64,000 nucleotides of DNA from Candidatus Saccharimonadia bacterium (GTDB lineage: Bacteria > Patescibacteriota > Saccharimonadia > UBA4664), in contig DATKIP010000093.1 of assembly GCA_035544015.1 (NCBI GenBank), forward strand, positions 281,454 through 345,453. The letters run 5' to 3'. Under the pieces are notes generated by a model, which had not been told where the DNA came from, did not search any database, and was given only the letters and a program-made list of their open reading frames with translations. Shown here piece after piece: positions 46,974 through 56,473 of the stretch. Positions within the stretch are counted from its first letter, which is position 1. Each line of letters opens with the position of its first letter. The translations under genes were made by a program, and so were the position numbers.

Positions 46974-49900
46974 CACTCAAATTGCCCAAAAAAGTCCTCA
47001 TTCTCGGCTCTGGCGGGCTCAAAATCGGCCAAGCCGGGGAGTTCGACTATTCCGGCTCCCAGGCCATTATGGCCTTCAAAGAAGAAGGCATCAAAACCGT
47101 TCTCATCAACCCCAACATCGCCACGGTCCAAACCGATGGCGACATGGCCGACACCGTTTATTTCCAACCTCTCACCGCCGAGATCGTCACGCGCATCATC
47201 GAAGCCGAGCGCCCCGAAGCCATCGCGCTGAGCTTCGGCGGTCAAACCGCGCTCAACCTCGGCCTGGCGCTCCACCACAGCGGCGTGCTCGCCCGTCACA
47301 ACGTGCGCATCCTCGGCACCCCCATCACCGCCGTGGAAATCACCGAAGACCGCGAGAAATTCAAGCAAGCGCTGGCCGAAATCGACGTCCACACCGCTCG
47401 CAGCACCAGTGTCTACACCGTGGATGAGGCGCTGGCCGCTGCGGCCGAAATCGGCTACCCCGTGATGATGCGCGCCGGTTTTAGCCTCGGCGGCCTCGGC
47501 TCCGGCCGCGTCGCCAGCGCCGCTGAGCTCGCCTCCCGCGCCACTGAAGTCTTCCAAGCCACCAGCCAAATCCTCATCGAGGAATTCCTCGGCGGCTGGA
47601 AAGAGATTGAATACGAAGTCGTGCGCGACGCCACCGGCAACGTCATCACCGTTTGCAACATGGAAAACTTCGACCCCATGGGCATTCACACCGGCGAATC
47701 CATCGTGGTGGCGCCCAGCCAAACCCTCACCAACGCTGAATACCACGGCCTACGCGAAGTCGCCATCAAAACCATCCAACACCTCGGCATAGTGGGGGAG
47801 TGCAACATCCAATACGCCCTCGATCCCGCCACCAGCGACTACCGCGTCATCGAAGTGAACGCCCGGCTGAGCCGCTCCAGCGCCCTGGCCTCCAAGGCCA
47901 CCGGCTACCCGCTCGCGTTCGTAGCCGCCAAACTCATGCTCGGCCACACCTTGCCCGAATTAAAAAATGCCGCCACCGGCTCCACCAGCGCCTTCTTCGA
48001 ACCCGCCCTCGATTACCTGGCTGTCAAAATGCCCCGCTGGGACCTCACCAAACTCGGCTCCTCCGACCGCAGCATCGGCTCCGAAATGAAAAGCGTGGGC
48101 GAAGTCATGGCGCTGGGCCGATCGTTTACCGAAGCCCTCCAAAAAGCCGTGCGCATGACCAACACCGGCGCCTCCGGCCTGAGCGACCATCCGTACGATT
48201 TTGCCCATCCCGAAGCCGAAATCGGCCAAGCCACCGACCACCGGCTCTACGCCCTCTACGACTACCTCAAACAATCCGGCACCGTCGCCGACGCCCACAA
48301 ACGCACCGGCATCGATCCCTGGTTCCTCAGTCAACTCGTGCGCATCGCCGATATCGAGCACCAGCTCACGAGCTCCAGACTCACCCCCGAGCTCATGCGC
48401 CGCGCCAAGCAAAACGGCTTCGCCGACATTACCATCGCCGGTCTCACCAGCACCACCGAAGACACCATTCGCGCCCGCCGGCTCGCCTCCGGCATCAAGC
48501 CCGTCATCAAGCAAATCGACACCCTTGCCGGCGAGTTCGATGCCACCACCAATTACCTCTACACCACCTACCACGGCGATCAAAACGACGTCGATCCCAT
48601 CGGCGCCCGCCCCGCCATCGTGCTCGGCTCGGGCCCGTACTGCATCGGCTCCTCCGTCGAATTCGACTGGTGCGCCGTGGGCGTCGCCGCCACGCTCCGC
48701 CGCAGTGGCCGCCGCACCATCATCGTCAACTCCAACCCCGAAACCGTCTCCACCGACTTCAACCGCTCGGACCGCCTCTACTTCGAGGAACTCACGCTCG
48801 AACGCCTGCGCGACATCGCCGACTTCGAAGCCCCCGCCAACTTCGTGATCTCCGTCGGCGGCCAAATCGCCAATAACCTCGCCGTACCGCTGGCGGACGC
48901 CGGCTACACCATCCTCGGCACCCCCGCCGCCTCCATCGACCAGGCCGAAAACCGCCGCCATTTCTCGAGCATGCTCGGACGCCTCGGCATCGACCAACCC
49001 GAATGGGACGAAGTCACCACCCTGGCCAAGGCCCAAGCCTTTGCCCGCAAGGTCGGTTACCCCGTGCTCATCCGGCCCTCGTACGTGCTCTCGGGCGGCG
49101 CCATGAGCGTGGTTACCACCCCCGAAGAGCTCGCCGGCTACCTCGCCCGCGCCACCAAGCTCTCGCCCGACCACCCCGTGGTCATCTCGCGCTTCATCGA
49201 AGGCGCCAAAGAACTCGAAATCGACGGCGTAGCCGACCACGGCACCATCGTCATCTCCGCCATCTCCGAGCACATCGAAAACGCCGGCGTTCACTCCGGC
49301 GACGCCACCGTAGTACTGCCGCCCCAGCGGCTCTACCTCGAAACCATCCGCCGCGCCAAAAAAATCACCGCGCGCATCATCAGCGAGCTCGACGTCACCG
49401 GCCCCTTCAACATCCAATTTATCGCCAAGGACAATGACCTCAAAGTCATCGAAACCAATGTTCGCGCCAGCCGCAGCTTCCCGTTCGTCAGCAAGGTCAC
49501 CGGCCACAATTTCATCACGATTGCCACCCAAGTCATGTTGGGCACATACAAACCCGAGCACTACGAAACCCTCGAGCTCGATTACGTCGGCGTCAAAAGC
49601 CCTCAATTTTCCTACAACCGTCTCAAAGGCGCCGATCCCGTGGCCGGCGTCGAAATGGCCTCCACCGGCGAAGTCGCCAGCATCGGCCGCAACCTGCTGG
49701 AAGCCTTCTACGCTTCGTGGCTCTCCACCGACCAACCGCTCATCGGCAAACACATCTACATCAGCGTACCCGACGATCAAAAACCCAAAATCGTCGAAGC
49801 TGCTGCCGGCGTCGTCGCAGCCGGGTGGACGATTTTTTCCACCCTCGGTACCCACGACTATCTCGCCGCCCACGGCATCGCCTCCACGCCGCTCTACAAA

Positions 49901-50152
49901 CTCCGCGAGCGCAAAGCCCCCACCGCCCAAACCGCCATCGCCGCCCACGACCTCAACCTCATGGTCAACGTACCCTCGAGCACCAATGACGACACCGACG
50001 CCGCCGAAATCCGCCGGCTAGCCATCGACAATCACATCCCGCTCGTCACCAACGCCGAAATTGGCGTGGTGCTCCTACGCGCACTCGGCGAAATCAAGCT
50101 CAGCGAAATACCGATCACATCGTGGCAGGAGTATGTGCAACCCGAGGCGTAA
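46970..50152 (+). CDS. carB: carbamoyl-phosphate synthase large subunit
   Basis: 1060 aa with two ATP-grasp halves (ILGSGGLKIGQAGEFDYSGSQA and GSGPYCIGSSVEFDWC). Overlaps the carA stop by 4 nt. Confidence 0.95.
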   Translation: MTLKLPKKVLILGSGGLKIGQAGEFDYSGSQAIMAFKEEGIKTVLINPNIATVQTDGDMADTVYFQPLTAEIVTRIIEAERPEAIALSFGGQTALNLGLALHHSGVLARHNVRILGTPITAVEITEDREKFKQALAEIDVHTARSTSVYTVDEALAAAAEIGYPVMMRAGFSLGGLGSGRVASAAELASRATEVFQATSQILIEEFLGGWKEIEYEVVRDATGNVITVCNMENFDPMGIHTGESIVVAPSQTLTNAEYHGLREVAIKTIQHLGIVGECNIQYALDPATSDYRVIEVNARLSRSSALASKATGYPLAFVAAKLMLGHTLPELKNAATGSTSAFFEPALDYLAVKMPRWDLTKLGSSDRSIGSEMKSVGEVMALGRSFTEALQKAVRMTNTGASGLSDHPYDFAHPEAEIGQATDHRLYALYDYLKQSGTVADAHKRTGIDPWFLSQLVRIADIEHQLTSSRLTPELMRRAKQNGFADITIAGLTSTTEDTIRARRLASGIKPVIKQIDTLAGEFDATTNYLYTTYHGDQNDVDPIGARPAIVLGSGPYCIGSSVEFDWCAVGVAATLRRSGRRTIIVNSNPETVSTDFNRSDRLYFEELTLERLRDIADFEAPANFVISVGGQIANNLAVPLADAGYTILGTPAASIDQAENRRHFSSMLGRLGIDQPEWDEVTTLAKAQAFARKVGYPVLIRPSYVLSGGAMSVVTTPEELAGYLARATKLSPDHPVVISRFIEGAKELEIDGVADHGTIVISAISEHIENAGVHSGDATVVLPPQRLYLETIRRAKKITARIISELDVTGPFNIQFIAKDNDLKVIETNVRASRSFPFVSKVTGHNFITIATQVMLGTYKPEHYETLELDYVGVKSPQFSYNRLKGADPVAGVEMASTGEVASIGRNLLEAFYASWLSTDQPLIGKHIYISVPDDQKPKIVEAAAGVVAAGWTIFSTLGTHDYLAAHGIASTPLYKLRERKAPTAQTAIAAHDLNLMVNVPSSTNDDTDAAEIRRLAIDNHIPLVTNAEIGVVLLRALGEIKLSEIPITSWQEYVQPEA

Positions 50153-50336
50153 CCGGGACGAACACGCTCGAACTAATCTTTCCGATTCACCCCATCATGC
50201 GACTATTCCACTTTCTGGAACAGTCGCACAATATTAAAATATTTTGGCTTTATAAAAGCATAATCCAACTATGCCTGAGCTACTATTCCGAAAATGGAAT
50301 AGTGCACACACCCGCACCCAAAATGCCCACCACGTC

Positions 50337-50717
50337 CTACTCCTCCAATGCTCGAATCTGCCCATGATCCAGCCCAAAATAGTGCGCCACCTCGTGCCAC
50401 ACCGTCTGTCGCACATCCCGCCGCAATCCCTCCACATCATGCGCCATCGCCAGATGCGGCCCGCGAAACACCGTAATCACATCCGGCAGCACGCCACTAT
50501 AGCCGTCGCCGCGACGGGGGAGGGGAATGCCTTCATACAAGCCCAAAAGCGTCATCCCGCGCCGATGCAGCCGCAGATTCACCCCCAGCTGCTCGCGCGT
50601 CGGCTCGTCGGCCACCATAAACGCCACATTGTTCAAATGCTTCGCAAACCGCTCCGGAATCGCCGTCACCGCCTCTTGTACCAAGGCGTAAAACGCCTCG
50701 TCGCTCACGCCTATCAT
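50337..50717 (-). CDS. zincin-like metallopeptidase family protein (DUF1025-like)
   Basis: 126 aa with an HEVAHYFGLDH (HExxH...H) motif. ATGA overlap with the stop of the metal ABC permease gene. Confidence 0.6.
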   Translation of the reverse strand: MIGVSDEAFYALVQEAVTAIPERFAKHLNNVAFMVADEPTREQLGVNLRLHRRGMTLLGLYEGIPLPRRGDGYSGVLPDVITVFRGPHLAMAHDVEGLRRDVRQTVWHEVAHYFGLDHGQIRALEE

Positions 50718-51511
50718 CGGCGCCCGAGCACGCGGCTCAACACATAAATCACAAAGCTAATGCTCGTCACAAACACGCTCGGCTTCACCGTGCCCACCGC
50801 CAAACTCGCCAACACTCCGCCGGCCGCCGCCGTCACCGCAAACGCCACCGACAATGCCGTCACCACCGCCGGCCGCGCACTCAGCCGACTCGCCGCGGCC
50901 GCCGGTGCAATCGCCAGGCTCAGCACCAGCAGCGTACCCACCACCTGCGCCGCCGCCGTTACCGTGATCGCCAGCACAAACAAAAAACCCAATCCGAGCG
51001 CCGCCACCGGCACCCCCCGCGCCGCCGCCACCTCCGGATCCACCGACGCAAACAACAACGGCCGGTACAACCAGCTCATCGCGAGCATTACCCCCACACT
51101 AATCGCCACCAGTGTCGCCAGTTGCACCCCGCTCACCCCAAAAATATCGCCAAACAAAATATTGGTAGCTTGGGTGGCAAAACCATGATAAAAGCTCAAA
51201 AATAGCACCCCCAAGCCCAAACCAAACGCCAGCACCACCCCAATCGCCGAATCGCGCTCGCGCTCACGCACCCCCAGCGTACCGATCACCCCCGCCACCA
51301 CCAGCGATCCCGCCAGCGCCCCGGCCAAGGGGCTCACGCCCAGCAGCAACCCCGCCGCCGCACCCGTAAACGCCAGCTCGCTCGTGCCATGCACCGCAAA
51401 CGCCATCCCGCGCGTGATCACAAACGGGCCAATCAAGCCGCAAATCACCGCCACGAGCGACGCCGCCAGCAAGGCATGCTGGGCAAATGGCTGCATCAAG
51501 TAATCAATCAT
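50714..51511 (-). CDS. metal (Zn/Mn) ABC transporter permease (ZnuB/MntB-like)
   Basis: 265 aa, 8 to 9 TM helices, Gly/Ala-rich. Operon with the ATPase and substrate-binding protein. Confidence 0.8.
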   Translation of the reverse strand: MIDYLMQPFAQHALLAASLVAVICGLIGPFVITRGMAFAVHGTSELAFTGAAAGLLLGVSPLAGALAGSLVVAGVIGTLGVRERERDSAIGVVLAFGLGLGVLFLSFYHGFATQATNILFGDIFGVSGVQLATLVAISVGVMLAMSWLYRPLLFASVDPEVAAARGVPVAALGLGFLFVLAITVTAAAQVVGTLLVLSLAIAPAAAASRLSARPAVVTALSVAFAVTAAAGGVLASLAVGTVKPSVFVTSISFVIYVLSRVLGRR

Positions 51512-52334
51512 GATGCCCTCCCGTCTCGCTGCCCGCCACCACCACCAAGCGACCCCGCACGTTCACCACATCCACTGGCGCGCCATAAAGCTCCGTCAGC
51601 CGCTCGGTCGTCAGCACCTCCTTAGGCGTCCCGATGGCCCAGCGGCCGTTCACCAAATACAACACCCGGTCCACCGACGCCAAAATCGGGTTGATCTCGT
51701 GCGTCACAAACAGCACCGCCGTATTCGCCTCGCGCCGCCGTCGATCAATCAGCGCCGTCACTGCCTGCTGATGCGACAGGTCCAGCGACAACAGCGGCTC
51801 GTCGCACAGCAGCACCTGCGGATCGCCAACGAGCGCCTGCGCAATCCGCAATCGCTGCTGCTCGCCACCAGAAAGCCGCCCCATCGGCCCATCCGCAAAA
51901 TGCTCAGCGCCCACCTCGGCTAGAGCCCGGTTCACCAGCTCATCCTCGCGCGCACTCCGCCTCCAGCCAAACCGGCCGCCATCGAGCCCAAACCGCACAA
52001 TGTCACGCCCCCGTACCGGCAAATCCGCGTCAAAACTGCGTTGCTGCGGCACATACCCGCACAACCCCCGGCTCCGTACCGGCATCTCGCCGGCCACCTC
52101 TACGCGTCCCTTCGTGAGCGGCACCAGACCCAGCAACACCTTGAGCAAGCTAGTCTTGCCCGTGCCGTTAGGACCCAGCACCGCCACAAATTCACCCGGC
52201 TCCACTTGCAAGTCGAGCCCCCCCCACAACCGCCGTCCGCCCAGAGTAAGCGTTGCGCCAGATAGCCGAATTGCCGAGGAATTAGAAGGATTAGTTGCCA
52301 CTGAGTCCAGTATACAATGCCTTTGCCTGATCAA
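51504..52334 (-). CDS. metal ABC transporter ATP-binding protein (ZnuC-like)
   Basis: Walker A GPNGTGKTS, signature LSGGEQQR, Walker B LLCDEP. The true start may be downstream of the track start, since it overlaps the SBP gene by 44 nt. Confidence 0.8.
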   Translation of the reverse strand: MIRQRHCILDSVATNPSNSSAIRLSGATLTLGGRRLWGGLDLQVEPGEFVAVLGPNGTGKTSLLKVLLGLVPLTKGRVEVAGEMPVRSRGLCGYVPQQRSFDADLPVRGRDIVRFGLDGGRFGWRRSAREDELVNRALAEVGAEHFADGPMGRLSGGEQQRLRIAQALVGDPQVLLCDEPLLSLDLSHQQAVTALIDRRRREANTAVLFVTHEINPILASVDRVLYLVNGRWAIGTPKEVLTTERLTELYGAPVDVVNVRGRLVVVAGSETGGHHD

Positions 52335-53196
52335 GTTGCCAGGTCTGAAAATCCTTGCCCGCCGGCAATGTTTCGGTCACGCCAATCACCGACACCCCAT
52401 TCTTTTGAGCCAAAGCCTTCACCCGTTCGGTTACCGGGCTCGTAGCTTGCGAGTTGTAAAGCAGCACCTTAATGGCATGGCCGGTAATGAGCGACTCCAT
52501 CCCCGCCGTGTCAGCCGGGCTCGGATCATTGCCTTCTTCAATCGCCTGCGAAAACCCAGCCGGCGTTTTAACGCTCAGACCGGCACTGAGCAGCAAATAC
52601 GCCGGAACCGGCTCAGTATAGGCCACCCCAACCCCCGCATAATCCGCCTTAATCCGACCAACCTCATCGTGCAGCGACCGCAGACTAATCATAAACGCCG
52701 CCAGATTCGTCTCATAGACACTCCGATGTGCATCGTCTCGCCCCGCCAATGCCTGCTCAATCGCCTGCGCTACCACCTCAACTTTCGCGGTGTCGTACCA
52801 CAAATGCGGATTAGCTCCCTCCGCCGTATTGGTCACCGCGGCCGCCTTCACCACCACTCGGTGGTCGTTGCGCGAGCCCGCCACCAGTTTATCCATGAAG
52901 TCGTCGTACCCCACGCCATTGACGATCACCACATCGGCCGAGCCCACCACCGCCGCATTCTGCGCACTCGATTCGTACAAATGTGGATCAGCCTGCGGGT
53001 CAGAAATAATCGAAGTTACAACCACCTGCGAACCACCAATTTGCCGCGCAATATCACCCCAAAAATTTTCCGCCGCCACCACCTTGAGTTTCCCCGAACC
53101 CGTCACCCCACTACGATCACGCACCGCCAGCGCCGCCAAAAGCACGCCGCCCACTACTACCGCTACCAAAATTACATAGACAGATTTTTTATTCAT
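52291..53196 (-). CDS. metal ABC transporter substrate-binding protein (ZnuA/TroA family)
   Basis: Signal peptide / lipobox-like N-terminus. Cluster-9 SBP layout with His/Asp/Glu metal ligands (HLYESS, DPHLW). Confidence 0.75.
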   Translation of the reverse strand: MNKKSVYVILVAVVVGGVLLAALAVRDRSGVTGSGKLKVVAAENFWGDIARQIGGSQVVVTSIISDPQADPHLYESSAQNAAVVGSADVVIVNGVGYDDFMDKLVAGSRNDHRVVVKAAAVTNTAEGANPHLWYDTAKVEVVAQAIEQALAGRDDAHRSVYETNLAAFMISLRSLHDEVGRIKADYAGVGVAYTEPVPAYLLLSAGLSVKTPAGFSQAIEEGNDPSPADTAGMESLITGHAIKVLLYNSQATSPVTERVKALAQKNGVSVIGVTETLPAGKDFQTWQLDQAKALYTGLSGN

Positions 53197-53235
53197 GCGC
53201 TCAGCATAGCGAAAACCGGTATCTGTTGCAAAATA

Positions 53236-53249
53236 ATTGCATATGCAAT
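53236..53249. promoter_or_regulatory. perfect 14-bp palindrome ATTGCATATGCAAT, candidate Fur-family (Zur) operator
   Basis: The only AT-rich perfect palindrome in the 65-bp divergent intergenic region between the metal-uptake operon and the Fur-family regulator gene. Confidence 0.5.
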
Positions 53250-53261
53250 AACATCTAGGCT

Positions 53262-53723
53262 ATGAACCAACAACCAGCCCCCGACGCCGCCTTCCTGGCC
53301 CACCTCAAAAGCGCCGGCGAGCGCGTCACCACCCCCCGGCTCACCATCTTTCGCCTGCTCGCGCGGCACAGCCCGCTGCCCATGCGCAAGCTCGCCGACC
53401 GCGCCGCCGGCGACGGCGTCGACAGCGTAACCGTCTATCGCACCATTGCGCTCTTTACGCGGCTGGGCTTCGTACGCGAAATCGGCATGGGCAGGCACCG
53501 CCTGCTAGAACTCAGCGACGACTTCGGCGAACACCACCATCACTTTTGGTGCAGCCAGTGCGGCGCCGTCACCGATTTCGACAATCCCGAACTCGAACAA
53601 GCCATTCATGCCGCTTCCCAAGCCCTCGGGCTTACCGTGCAAGCTCACCAGCTCGAAATTACCGGCCTCTGCGCCGCCTGCAGCCGACTAGCTCAATCCT
53701 CGCGAAACGCCCACAACTTATAG
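53262..53723 (+). CDS. Fur family transcriptional regulator (Zur-like)
   Basis: Winged-helix N-terminus, HHHFWCSQCG and CAAC metal-binding motifs. Divergent from the metal ABC importer. Confidence 0.8.
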   Translation: MNQQPAPDAAFLAHLKSAGERVTTPRLTIFRLLARHSPLPMRKLADRAAGDGVDSVTVYRTIALFTRLGFVREIGMGRHRLLELSDDFGEHHHHFWCSQCGAVTDFDNPELEQAIHAASQALGLTVQAHQLEITGLCAACSRLAQSSRNAHNL

Positions 53724-54208
53724 AGCGTAAAATTCCAGATCGCGCTGCCCACCACGCCCATACCAAACGCTACCGTCTTGATCACAAATTCCCGCGTGAG
53801 CACACCGGGCACTAAGCCCACCAGCCCGAGCGCCCGAGCAGCGTCAAACCAAAAACTGCTAAATGTCAGCCCCGCCGCCGTTGCCGAAAACACAAACACC
53901 AGGCCCGGCTGAATCGCCCAAATCGACACCAGCGTCGCGGTCAAAAAGCGCACCCCCGACTTACCGATCCCCGCTTTACTGCGAAACACCCACCGCCGGT
54001 TCCAATAAAAACTATTAATCATCGCCACGCTGCCGGAGAAAAACTTCACCATAAACACCCGGTCGAGCGGCACATTGAGTAATTTCGTCACCGCCAGGTA
54101 GAGGGTGTAGTCGATGAGCGTATTCGAAATACCCACCAACCCAAATTTGGCGCTTTGTTTGACGAGGTTGGGCCCAGACTTGACAACCGGCTTCTTGGTA
54201 CCTGACAT
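53693..54208 (-). CDS. GtrA family protein (polyprenol-phosphate-sugar flippase-like small membrane protein)
   Basis: 171 aa, four TM helices. N-terminal FGLVGISNTLIDYTLYLAVTKLL is typical of GtrA. The 3' end overlaps the Fur-family gene convergently by 31 nt. Confidence 0.65.
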   Translation of the reverse strand: MSGTKKPVVKSGPNLVKQSAKFGLVGISNTLIDYTLYLAVTKLLNVPLDRVFMVKFFSGSVAMINSFYWNRRWVFRSKAGIGKSGVRFLTATLVSIWAIQPGLVFVFSATAAGLTFSSFWFDAARALGLVGLVPGVLTREFVIKTVAFGMGVVGSAIWNFTLYKLWAFRED

Positions 54209-54328
54209 AACCCAAGCATAACCACTTTAAACCGAAAAATCCACCAAAAATGGAGTTAGCGACCTCGCCCGCGTATAATAACCTCCGCGGGAGAACCCCC
54301 GCTCTCAAACCCACCAAGGACGGACCGA

Positions 54329-55048
54329 ATGGATCCAGCTCCAACCGCCCTCAAGCCCATCGAAGACTTGCCCCGCATCCTCGGCTTCGAGGAAGACGAA
54401 ACCCTGCGGCACGTCCGCGAACAAACCGTAGCCGCCATCAGGACCGGACGGACGGCCACTATCCACGAAGCCTGGAGGAGGTATTTCGAAGCTTCGGACC
54501 CTCGGGTGGAGGCCCCAGACGCCCATGAGACCAACCGCGCCCGCACCGGTCGCATCATCGCTCAGGCACTCATGTACCGCGAAGCCGGCGAACCCGTCGA
54601 ATACCTGATCCAGCTCATGTACGCCGACTACGCGGCCAGCAGCAGAGGCTGGGACGATGTCCAGCCCGAGCTCGACGCCGCACTCGAAGACCGGACAGCC
54701 GAATACCACCAGGCACGTGGAAAGTTCCATGCAGCCTTCGCGGGAGCCACCGACGATCCCGCCGTCTGGTACGAATCCGCCATCAGACCCTACACCGAAG
54801 CCGAGCACGCATCCGACCCCAGTGATCCCCGCGTCCAAGGCCTCTTGAGTCTCCGCCTGGCAGAGTGCTATCTAGCCTTGCTCGAGCTCGGCCAGGACAG
54901 CGCCGAGACCCTCCAGCACGGCATCTTCAGTTCCCTCCAAACCGCGGCCCAATACCTGGGCCCAGAACCCGAGGTTGCCAAAGTAACCAGCCTCATGGAT
55001 GAACTCAGCCCGCAACCATGGTGGCAATCCCTCGTGGCGGGCTCGTAG
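54329..55048 (+). CDS. hypothetical protein
   Basis: 239-aa acidic helical ORF upstream of the NHEJ locus. Terminator hairpin downstream. Confidence 0.4.
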   Translation: MDPAPTALKPIEDLPRILGFEEDETLRHVREQTVAAIRTGRTATIHEAWRRYFEASDPRVEAPDAHETNRARTGRIIAQALMYREAGEPVEYLIQLMYADYAASSRGWDDVQPELDAALEDRTAEYHQARGKFHAAFAGATDDPAVWYESAIRPYTEAEHASDPSDPRVQGLLSLRLAECYLALLELGQDSAETLQHGIFSSLQTAAQYLGPEPEVAKVTSLMDELSPQPWWQSLVAGS

Positions 55049-55062
55049 GCCCACCACTTAAG

Positions 55063-55113
55063 GCCCCGGCAGGAGAGCCCCCGGACTCTCGTGCCGGGGC
55101 TCACTGCTTTTTG
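55063..55113 (+). terminator. rho-independent terminator
   Basis: GCCCCGGCA...TGCCGGGGC stem (9 bp) followed by TCACTGCTTTTTG. Confidence 0.7.
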
Positions 55114-55187
55114 ATGCCTTGTGCGATATCCCTAATGCATCGCCGCCCCATTTTCGCTAAGCTGTATCCAACAACAAGGACCAAGCC

Positions 55188-55958
55188 ATGCGCGCCATCT
55201 GGACCGGCTCTATCTCATTTGGACTCATCAATATTCCCGTCAAATTATACTCGGCCGCCGAGTCCCGCGACGGCATCGACCTACGCATGCTCCACAAACA
55301 AGATGAAGCCCCCATCCGCTACGCCAAATTCTGCACCAAAGAAAATATCGAGGTTCCGTACGAAGACATCGTCAAAGCCTACGAATATGATGATGGCCGG
55401 TTTGTAGTGCTCAGCGATGAGGATTTCAGCGCCGCCGAGGGTGAAAAAACCGCCACCGTCGATATCGAAGAATTCACCAGCGAAGCTCAAATCGACGTCC
55501 GCTATCTCGAGCGCCCCTACTACCTCGAGCCCTCCAAGGGCGGCGAAAAAGCCTACGCCCTCCTGCGCGAATCGCTCGCCCAAGCCGGCAAAATCGCCGT
55601 GGCCCGCTTCGTGCTTCGCCAACGCGAACATCTAGCCGCCATCAAACCAGTCGGGAAGATGCTGGTGCTTAATCAAATGCGTTTCCCCACCGACCTGCGT
55701 ACCCCCGGCGGCCTCAAGCTGCCGCCAAAGGACCTCGCGGGACCCGCCGAGCTCAAAATGGCCGGCACGCTCATCGACCAGCTCACCAAGCCCTTCATCG
55801 CCGAAGACTTCCACGACACCTACACCGAAGAGCTCGAGGAGCGCATCGAAGCCAAGGTCAAACACCAACCTGCTCCCAAGATTAAAGCTGCCGACACCGC
55901 ACCCGTCAAAGACCTCATGGCCGCACTCAAAGCCAGCCTCGAAGAGGCCAAAAAATAA
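55188..55958 (+). CDS. ku: non-homologous end joining protein Ku
   Basis: MRAIWTGSISFGLINIPVKLYSA N-terminus and a beta-barrel core of bacterial Ku. 256 aa with a Lys-rich tail. Confidence 0.9.
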   Translation: MRAIWTGSISFGLINIPVKLYSAAESRDGIDLRMLHKQDEAPIRYAKFCTKENIEVPYEDIVKAYEYDDGRFVVLSDEDFSAAEGEKTATVDIEEFTSEAQIDVRYLERPYYLEPSKGGEKAYALLRESLAQAGKIAVARFVLRQREHLAAIKPVGKMLVLNQMRFPTDLRTPGGLKLPPKDLAGPAELKMAGTLIDQLTKPFIAEDFHDTYTEELEERIEAKVKHQPAPKIKAADTAPVKDLMAALKASLEEAKK

Positions 55959-56030
55959 GATTTACTTTCGGTTTTAGTTCGGTATAATACCTTGGCACAA
56001 CCGTTATACTGATAATCAAGGATACTCACC

Positions 56031-56456
56031 ATGCCCACAGTAGATTTCACCCTCCAAGACATTCGAACCTCTCTGTTACCAGAGATTCAAACTATTATCG
56101 ATGAATCAATCGACACACGATTCAAGCAGTTTGAACAATCATACGAATCCGACATAGCCGCCATCCAGCAAGATTTCCTTGCCATCTATACTAGGTTCGA
56201 TGGAATCGACGCCAGGTTCGACGGTGTGGATGCCAGACTCGATGGTATAGACGCCAGATTTGACGGCGTGGACGCCAGACTCGACGGAATGGACTCCCGA
56301 CTCGACGGAATAGATGCGCGATTCGACCATCTCGAAACCGACCTCAAGGACGTCAAAAAAGACGTCCGCTATATCAAGCACCATATGACCGACCTCGACA
56401 AGCTCGCCGGTCAGCACTCGCGCGACATCATGAAGCTCCGCGCCCGCGCCGCCTAA
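56031..56456 (+). CDS. small coiled-coil protein with seven tandem heptad repeats (A-R-F/L-D-G-I/V-D)
   Basis: 141-aa ORF between ku and ligD on the same strand, with a 72-nt gap before and 17 nt after. The centre is RFDGIDA RFDGVDA RLDGIDA RFDGVDA RLDGMDS RLDGIDA RFDHLET. Confidence 0.5.
   Translation: MPTVDFTLQDIRTSLLPEIQTIIDESIDTRFKQFEQSYESDIAAIQQDFLAIYTRFDGIDARFDGVDARLDGIDARFDGVDARLDGMDSRLDGIDARFDHLETDLKDVKKDVRYIKHHMTDLDKLAGQHSRDIMKLRARAA
56196..56335 (+). repeat. in-frame tandem 21-nt repeat array (about 7 units) inside CDS 56031..56456
   Basis: Units such as GCCAGGTTCGACGGTGTGGAT, GCCAGACTCGATGGTATAGAC and GCCAGATTTGACGGCGTGGAC differ mainly at synonymous positions. Confidence 0.7.
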
Positions 56457-56473
56457 GCCAGGAGCCACCCGGC

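Noticed and set aside
47960-49948. 662-aa minus-strand ORF
   Set aside because: Lies entirely antisense to carB, which has unambiguous ATP-grasp motifs. Gly/Ala/Asp low-complexity shadow ORF.
56196-56335. Periodic repeats as a possible CRISPR array
   Set aside because: Period is 21 nt, with no unique spacers. It is in frame inside a CDS and encodes heptads. No cas genes are present.
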